A DNA stretch of 59,090 bases, filler included, from Sphacelaria rigidula (taxonomy: Eukaryota), in the NCBI GenBank assembly GCA_964200075.2. It is 8 parts of 8 records of this genome, joined end to end, with 100 filler letters (N's around TTAATTAATTAA, not from the genome) between each part and the next. Parts side by side here need not be neighbours in the genome. Positions count along the whole stretch, not along the records: positions 44,395 to 51,692 come from CAXNAA020015565.1; positions 51,793 to 59,090 come from CAXNAA020015566.1; 6 more parts are not named here. The stretch is one strand, 5' to 3'. Within the stretch, counting starts at the first letter, position 1; each line of letters opens with the position of its first letter. Below, piece after piece: positions 51,413 to 59,090 of the stretch. The notes beneath the pieces were generated by a model. The model worked only from the letters and a program-made list of their open reading frames with translations. It was not told the DNA's origin and did no database searches. A program made the translations under genes and the position numbers.

Positions 51413-51618
51413 CATGGCTCTTAACGTTACACGTTACACATACGTTACACGTCACAAACGTACGCCACAAAGGTGTGACGTAACGTAACGTATATTATTC
51501 GAATACGTCACAAATGTGACGTAACGAAAGGTACCGGTGAAAAAATGTGACGTGATGTAACGTTCAATTTTTTGATACGTCACAAATGTGACGTGAAGTG
51601 ACGTGACGTTTTTTTTCA
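51413..51618. mobile_element. End of an element related to 41282-43014
   Basis: CATGGCTCTTAACGTTACACGT resembles the 43014 TIR; GTTACAC/GTGACGTAAC arrays; followed by TACGAGCTGGG at 51619. Confidence 0.55.
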
Positions 51619-51814
51619 TACGAGCTGGGCCAGCTAGAGGCTGCATGAACGTTTGCAGGCGGATGCGCCGGCCAATATTTGGAGCTTGTCCCNNNNNNNN
51701 NNNNNNNNNNNNNNNNNNNNNNNNNNNNNNNNNNNNTTAATTAATTAANNNNNNNNNNNNNNNNNNNNNNNNNNNNNNNNNNNNNNNNNNNNGCCCTTGC
51801 TTGCCTCCCCCACG

Positions 51815-52360
51815 AACCGGCAAAACGCGGCGTGCTCCGTGCTGGCTTTGTAGGGACGGACCTCCTATGGGGTTGGTGTGGGTTGGCAATGACGCTGTCA
51901 AACACGCCACGCCCTGCGTGGGCTAGGCAACGAGGTTACCGATTATATTTTGCACGCTCGCGTTTTTTCGCGGTAACCATGATGGTGGTCGAGCTACATC
52001 ATATTGTGCGGGGAGGGAGACCCTCAATTCCGCATGAAGGGGATGGTCGTACTACGTAGTGTGTAAATGGTGAGACACCCATGTGGCAGTGTGTAAGCCG
52101 TGGCTGTCTCTGGAAGTGGCGGTACCAGCAACCTATTGTAGGCTGTCATCCAAATGCAAGATAGTTAGCTCGCTATGGGCCGAACAATCGTACCAGGATG
52201 CAGCTCACCCTTCATGCGACTCGCCGAACACATCACGGCGCTTCGCGCTTGGCGATTGATTGCGAAACTGCGTCCAGCAAAAACCCGGCGTGCTCCGTCC
52301 CGGCTTTGTAGGGAGGCGAGGTCAATGGCCATATGACTACGGCATGCAAGACGATGAATA
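51815..52360 (+). repeat. Dispersed repeat family A, long copy preceded by a duplicate of its 3' segment
   Basis: 51881-52360 is colinear with 38929-39470; AAAACGCGGCGTGCTCCGTGCTGGCTTTGTAGGGA at 51821 recurs near 52279. Confidence 0.85.
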
Positions 52361-54395
52361 CCCCCCCCCGACACACACACACGAAATGCACGACATTGGA
52401 TGCTAGAGTTGTCATGTGTCCTCTACCTTATAGTGCGCCCTGTGTCGGGGGGCACTTCAGGTCGGAAACGCGAGGTGAAAGCTATGTACCGAGATAGACT
52501 GGTGTTTCGGTCGCTTCGTTACGCCCATGCTGACCGCGTGACTCCTGAGTGTAGTATGCCATGCTGAGTACCTCTGCATTCCCCCCCGCCCCGCCCCCTC
52601 CCACACAACCTGGCGGAGAGCCACACAATAACGAAGGCAGTGTAAATAGCGCTACATGTTGCAGTCCTTTCTCCGTCCATAACGTCTCAAACAAGTCGGA
52701 GGTCAGGGTATCCAGCGTTTGTGGTTGAAAGCATGTCGTCAGGTTCCTCGGCTGCCATGTCTTCTGACGGGAAATGCTTGCTTTCTGCACGGATTCCGAG
52801 ACGATTTGTTTTCTATGACGATCACGTTTTAAACGACTCACGAGTGAACCGACCTTCGGGGGTCCTACAAATACACAGCCTCAGGTTTTGAGCTCGTTGA
52901 CATTTCCGCTTGATCGAGCTCATCGCGATTGCTCTGGCCGACACAATATACCCCTCCCCACCCCCATGATTTTGCTATCACCAGTTGTTGGTTATCGCGC
53001 TGGAGTGGAAGAATAGATGCTTCGTTCCAAAGTAGGAGTGATTACTCCCCCCCCCTCCCCCACGAATCGACTTTTCTCTCCGTAGTTCCCCGACAACACA
53101 AAGTTGGGAATAATTCCCTCCAAACGACCAAAAAGGGTTCTCACCAACTCGACGCTCACATCCAGTTGAGTGTATTTCTACTTGTTCTTATCAAACCCTG
53201 AGGCGAACGCTATTCCACACTCCAACCCAAGGCAGACTCTCGGGCAAGAGGGGTGCCCACGGAGCCCTAGACGAGGTGTGCGTTTGCAAATCTCGAAGCG
53301 GCGCTGCAGCCGCCCGTTTGAGCCGTTGAGGATGCTGAGCGAGCCCTTGGAAATGAGCCCGTGACAACCCCAGTATGATGGTCTGCACTAAAAACAAGTA
53401 TTTTCCAACCGTGGATATGGGGCGTCGAGTTGACGACAGGTGTCCTGACACGACCTGTTTCTGGCGTCAGTATCTGACAGGAGTCGTTGGGGGTGGAAAC
53501 GCAAAGCAGACGGCAAGGGGAAAATACGGCTAGATAAAACAAACGAGCGTTGACTTCTGTACATGTCACACGATGGTGTCCAACAGCGTCACCGCCCTCC
53601 CGACGTACTGTAGACTAGGGAACTGACCTTCCCGCCAAAGGTTACACGTCAGACTGTGCTGTCTGCGTAGTGATGTGCTCCTACTTTTGTCCATCGCTTG
53701 AAGGTGAGTCCATGGCGACTACACCAATTGAGGTAGACAGGATCTATAATGGTGATGGTCCTAGCTCCATATTATTTCTACGCGTGTCAGCAAGCACAGC
53801 AACGAGACATGCATCCGCGTAGAGAGTGGACCTCTCTTTCAGTTGACTTGCACGTCCTCTGTTGAGCGTTGTTGCTTGTTTCCAGGAATATGTGTTCGTG
53901 TCGTGCCAGACTAGTGATAAATATGCAGTCTGGATACTGGTGAATAGCTCCATGTATTTAGGGGGAGCACGGCATTCACTGGATACCACCCCCTCGCCCC
54001 CCTTCCCGAAGATAACAGTCCAGAAAGAAAAGCTTCTTTCCCGTCCCGTCCCGTCCCGTCGCCTTCGAGAGTCCGGGGATTCCCGTCACGTCCCGTTTTG
54101 TCGTGAAGAGCCGTGGAACTTTCCCGGCCTTTTCGTTTCAGCATCGAGTCCGTGGGCAGTTTTACAAAATACTATCTAACAAGATGCCCTAAAGTCTTTG
54201 TTGTACAAGATGGTGAGTACCGTGTTCTTTCATTGGTCCTATGACGTACATACTACGATCTCGCTCACCAAAGCATTTCATCGGGTACCCCTAAAGGTTG
54301 GGGCAGAAAACATCCATCCTGCAACTCGAGCAACGCGATAGGAGTGGTCAACCTTCCCACGAATATCAAGGTCGCCACATCAGACAAGCAAGTAA

Positions 54396-54821
54396 GAGGG
54401 GATCCTGAAATATGAGGTTGAACATTAAAATGATATTCAACTACAAAATAATACTTTTCCTGGCCCACGGTAATGAAAATTGACTTTTATACGGAGGACC
54501 TCATGCCCCCTGACCTCCTTGAAACTATTTGTTGTGGGGGTTTCCCGTCTTTCGTTTCCCTAAAGGGTATGCATGTGCAAAAGCACCTTTTGCCTCGATT
54601 TCGGGGTGAAAAAACGGACGCTCTGACCTCGCAAATGGCGCTTTCGCACATGCTCTTTGGGGGAACGGAAGACAGCAAACCCTCCAAAATACTTTTAGGG
54701 AGGTCGGGGGGTATACGATCGTCCACATGAAAGCAATTTGTCATGACTTTAGGTCAGGGAAAGCACTGTTTTCGAATTGAACGTCATTTCAATGTTCAAC
54801 TTCGTTTATCTGGATCCTCTC
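54396..54821. mobile_element. Diverged foldback element with GAG...CTC ends (Sola3- or Kolobok-like)
   Basis: GAGGGGATCC ... GGATCCTCTC; long imperfect arms (mirror ORFs GQEKYYF..HFNVQ and GQGKHCF..HFNVQ); flanks GTAA and TTAA. Confidence 0.6.
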
Positions 54822-55143
54822 TTAACCCCTTGACCGCGAGAGTAGTCCATCTGAACTATGCATGCTCTCTCAACCCCTTGACCGCGAGGGTAATCCATCT
54901 TGACGATGCATACTTTCTTCAAGTGAAATTGATGCCGATTCCAAGTGAAATTGATGCCGATCCAACAGATGATGACCTTCTCTTGTGGCTGTCTAAAGAT
55001 CCAATTCTAGAACCAACACACGCGGCCATTTGGCCACTCCCAAGACTTCCACAAAAATCCACCGCTCCAGAGGGGGAAAAGCCCCTGGGGGCGTTCAATC
55101 CCTGTGGAGGGTGGATAACACCCCCCTCCACAGCGGTAATCAA

Positions 55144-57777
55144 CAGGGATGTGCACGGATTAAGAATAAATCGGCGGAGCGGATTATTACAGTGCGGTTT
55201 GTCAGGCCGCACCGTTCTGTGTCATTTGTAGGGGGCAGATATCCGCTCCGTGACAATCCGTGATTTCTCCTACTGGCGGATATCCGCTCCGCTCCGTACC
55301 ATGTTCGAAAAATCCGCTCCGCACCGTGTTGGCGGATTTCCGCTCCGTGACAACTAAAAAGAAAACGCTCCGCTCCACATAGATTACAGCTGCGCGGTGG
55401 GAACCGTGAAACGCGCTTTTCTACGGTGCGGTTTTATCCACTCCGTAGGTAATCCGTGCGTCCTCCGTGGTATAACTTACGGATCGAACCGCTAAAAAGA
55501 CACGGATTTCCACGGACAAATTTGTTATGTATGCCGCATAACTTAGAATTCGAAGTATGAACATATCGTTCTGGATAAGCAATTCGCCGAGACGGTTCTG
55601 AAAGCCTGCACTCCGTACTCCATCCGTGCGTTCTCCGTAGCATTTCTCAGATCAAACCGCGGAATAAATTTCTGAACATGTGGTATCCGTCATTGGCGCT
55701 CAAAAGTCCTGGCGTCGATAGGTATTGGGAAGAGAAGCAGGACGTGTTGACAACACAACCCTCAGTTGGTGTTGTGGGGTTGACACGGAGTATGTACGTT
55801 GTTCATCAGGGGGTGTTATCGACCGTCACTGGTCCGAAAAATAGCTTCGTAGCCCGACGGTGCATGGTCTGCAATTCGTTGGGATGAGGGTTAGGTTCTG
55901 CATTTCGTTAGGGTTTTTGTCAGAAAAGGTGAGAATTACAAAACAAAACTCACTTCCATTTGTTGACGAGAACGATTGGGATTGCTTCAATCGAGCAAAA
56001 TCACTAAAGGGTCAGAAGCTGCGGCTGGGCAGTCTCAGGACCCCCGAAAACCGGTCAGCCCGTAAGTCGTTCCATGATGAGCGCAGATGTGTTCTTATTT
56101 TGGATTGTGGAGGGGATGCCTAGTAGATCCCCAAACTTTGGGATCAACTGTCCACTGGGATAAGCGGTGGTACGCGAAAACACTTCCGAATATCCCCGAC
56201 GACTAAAACACTACGAAAGTCTCCCTTTTCAGTTGAAAACTACTGTGCTGCTATTGACGTCATTCTTGAGGCATGTATTCCATACTTCTTCTTCTGGTGG
56301 ATATAGCATTAGTCCTGCGCCAAGCGCTGCTGCTGTTGCGCGTCTGCCACCCCGCCCCCCGTCACCCTGTCCTGGTGGGTGACATTCAAAATTCAAATAT
56401 GTACTGTTCATTATTCTCAATTGATTGATTACTTTTTTCTCCAGGGGTTCGACCTTACATGTGCGCTATTTAATCCGCCATCTCCCCTGTCCAGCAGCTG
56501 GTAGTCAAAGCAAAACAACTCCTTTCGTACTTTTTGGTATTTATCCGCGAATATCCACACATTTTTCGCGGATAGGAGCCCTTCTTCAGGAAGGGGATTG
56601 TCCCCTTTTTCACAATCCCCTTTTGACAGGGGACTGGCCCTATAGCGACCAGTCCCGAGCCCTATCGACAAGCAGTTTTGTACGAATTGGAACCCAGATC
56701 TGCACGCAGGCTGAGATATGCGGCGGGTCTAGAAGTGGTCGTTAGCCTAAGCAGGCCCAAGGTCTGAGTAATGCTGCAGACAAGACACAACAAGGCAACA
56801 CAACACCTACACACCCAGCCCCGAAAAAACACGCACAGACACCCATCACTCACGCGCAATAGTTTCACTGCTAGCCCTTGCTAATCTACACACGGCAGTC
56901 TTTGTTTGACAGAATTCCGTCCTGTATTGGACGAATGGCGGCCGCATGCGTGTCAAAAACAACCGAAAACGTGTCGTTGCTGACCGTTTTGTAAGCGTGT
57001 GCTGCACGCGCGTCTCACACAAATCATCATTTCTCAATTGATTCTCAACATATTTGAGCAAGGTCACGCACAACGTGCACAGCTGATGAGCAGCTGCGGC
57101 TCGAGCTGCATCTTTTTGCTTTGCGGGGCGACCAAGTTCCTCAGGCCCGGCTCTGATTGTGTTAGGCTGTGTGGTAAGCCTTTGCGTGTGCCCCTGTCAA
57201 CCGGACACGTATGTTCCCCTTCGAGGTGTCCGGAAATCCCATTTTGAAAAGAGGATATCAGGAAGTGATTTTGCACTTCCTGAAATCCTCTCTCCAGAGG
57301 GGATTCCTGTGCACGTTGAGGGGATTTTGTTTGGGGGGGGTGGTATCGCAGCGACCAATCACGGGTTGCTTTTGAAAAAGGGAATTTTGAAAAAGGGGAT
57401 TATCCCCTTCGTTAAGAAGGGCCGTAACCGTATCGTTTTCACGGATTACTGCGACGGTGCACCGCGGGGAAATGCCGCGGTTTGTGCGGTTTGTTCCACG
57501 GAGGGGGGCAAACCGCTCCATGAAAAAATCCATGCCACGGATATCCGCTCCACAATAATCCGTGCATTTGTAGCGGGCGGATATCCACTCCGTGAAAATC
57601 CGTGAGTTTTCCCACTGAGGTATCCGCTCCGTACTATATTCGAAAAATCCGCACCGCACCGTGACATTTTCGTTGGCGGATATCCGCTCCGTCATAATCC
57701 GTAGGTTCCCACACAGACGGATATCCGCTCCGTGAGGTTTTGAAAAAAGAAATCCGCACGCTCCGTACACATCCCTG
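55144..57777. mobile_element. Non-autonomous hAT (Ac/Ds-like) element, 2634 bp
   Basis: TIRs CAGGGATGTGCACGGA and (rc) CAGGGATGTGTACGGA; 8-bp TSD GTAATCAA / GTTATCAA; subterminal GATATCCGCTCCGT arrays. Confidence 0.85.
56576..57424 (-). mobile_element. PIF/Harbinger-like MITE (family B), nested in the hAT element
   Basis: TIRs of about 50 bp, GAGCCCTTCTTCAGGAAGGGGATTGTCCCC and (rc) CGGCCCTTCTTAACGAAGGGGATAATCCCC; flanks TAG and TAA; body homologous to 5310-6000. Confidence 0.75.
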
Positions 57778-59090
57778 GTTATCAACACCGCTAGACCAAT
57801 AGCCCACGCAAAGTCACTCTAAAGGGAGGGAGATGGAGCCACATTCGAGGGGTTATGTGCACTTTGGAGGATCCAACACGAAGTGAAATCCCTCTGGAGG
57901 TCACTAAGTCCTCTAGCGTTGTTGAATATCTCTGGAGGGGTCAATTTTGACCCCTGCAGAGGGATTCAACACCTCCACGGCAAAGTTAACCCCCTTGGAG
58001 GGGTCAATTTTCGTGTGGGGGGATTGCTGAGGTTAGCCAAATGGACGCGCGTAAAGCGTTGCATCACATTGCAGACATGACCGTCGGTTTTTGTCGTGCA
58101 GGTGAGGTATCTCCAATTCGAGGTTCCCGGTATCATGGTTACCCGTTAGACAGCGAGCATCGCCTCGGAACATTTTGACAGACTGACAGTCCAGTGACAT
58201 CCGTGGATTTCCCGGGGGCTGGATGGTGTTTTTTTTACCGGGAGGTGGAGGCCTGTTCGCAGAACAGCCGTTAAGCTCAACAAGTCAACCTTGACTTGTT
58301 TGTGTGCGTGGAAGTTTCCCACGGAAAATCACAAGCCAGGAACGAGGCTCGAGAGGAGCGGAGTCACAATTTTGACCAATCAAGGCGATCAAAATGTCAC
58401 TTTTTTCTCCTACTACTGTTGGACTACAGGTGAACTACTTCGCTGCCTAGCCGTAAAGCTCATTTTGGTCAAGACAATTCGACCACATGGGCACACATGA
58501 GTTTTGCACTTGCGCGCTGAAGATCCTGGTTAAAACTTCGGCTGGAAACTCCTCAAATTGCGGCCAGCATGGAACTTTTTGTGTGACACCACTGCGTCGC
58601 TGACCTTTAAGTGATACGGAAGACTCCAGTCATGGAGGTCACGGGTTCGAATCTCGACATATCCTCTCTTTTTTCGCAGAATCTGGTTCCGTCGTTGAGA
58701 TCATATGTGAAAGGTTCATTGTTGTTGTTATTGTTGTTGGGCGGCACACCGTGCATGGCCAGATTTTCTGCAGTTCACAGCGATATTCTGAAATCGGGCT
58801 GATTCGTCAGGAAACTTGACAAGTTGTTGTGTGCTGCGCGTTTGTAAGCTTCACGACTGACCCAGCTCGTATGAATAGATCCAGGCACCGTAGGTAAGGT
58901 AGGTACCCGGTACCGGTATTTGAGACATCTCATACCCTACCGATACCGGTCGAATCGGGTATTTTCAAATGTCATGTACCTACTGTACGATACCCACGAT
59001 TCCACGGTATTATTACCAGATGTCGATACCTATCGTACCCGCTCGATCGGATGTTTTCAAAACTCATGCCTACGATATTTACGATACCAC

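Larger units (their letters stand above)
55050..58015. mobile_element. CAC-ended non-autonomous element, outer layer of a triple nest
   Basis: TIRs CACAAAAATCCACCGCTCCAGAGGGGG and (rc) CACGAAAATTGACCCCTCCAAGGGGG; CCCTCTGGAGGG-type repeats on both sides of the inner element; no clear TSD. Confidence 0.6.

Noticed and set aside
52482..52841. Protein-like minus-strand ORF (similar cases at 1894-2100, 10400-11195 and 37955-38263, and a + strand frame near 7720-7890)
   Set aside because: No recognisable domain or convincing splice structure; they may be relics but cannot be called.
57080..57115. Hammerhead ribozyme core (CTGATGA; also checked 30287, 34946 and 35319)
   Set aside because: No properly placed GAAA after stem II and no closing stems.

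Overview
Repeat-rich eukaryotic DNA, most likely from a brown alga (Phaeophyceae). That assignment is inferred from gene and transposon families and intron style, not proven. The window is not one locus. It is eight contigs of 7299 or 7298 bp (1-7299, 7400-14698, 14799-22097, 22198-29496, 29597-36895, 36996-44294, 44395-51692, 51793-59090) joined by artificial 100-nt N-TTAATTAATTAA-N linkers, so adjacency across linkers carries no information. Supported host genes: a five-exon, 5'-incomplete ZIP/SLC39 (LIV-1 type) metal transporter with an altered TM5 motif; an intronless carbohydrate sulfotransferase; the first two exons of a probable YIF1; and one orphan exon of a Cys-rich/multi-TM surface protein. 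Retroelements: a decayed Ty3/gypsy integrase with a chromodomain plus a second PWWP/Tudor-like domain, next to a convergent decayed ORF of about 420 codons; an RTE-like LINE endonuclease; a two-LTR copia element with RT-RNaseH but no recognisable integrase; a solo LTR; and (CAAT)n-tailed 3' ends. There are also many non-autonomous DNA transposons, including foldback elements with 4-bp target duplications and multi-level nests. No rRNA, tRNA or CRISPR was seen. All alignments were done by eye.
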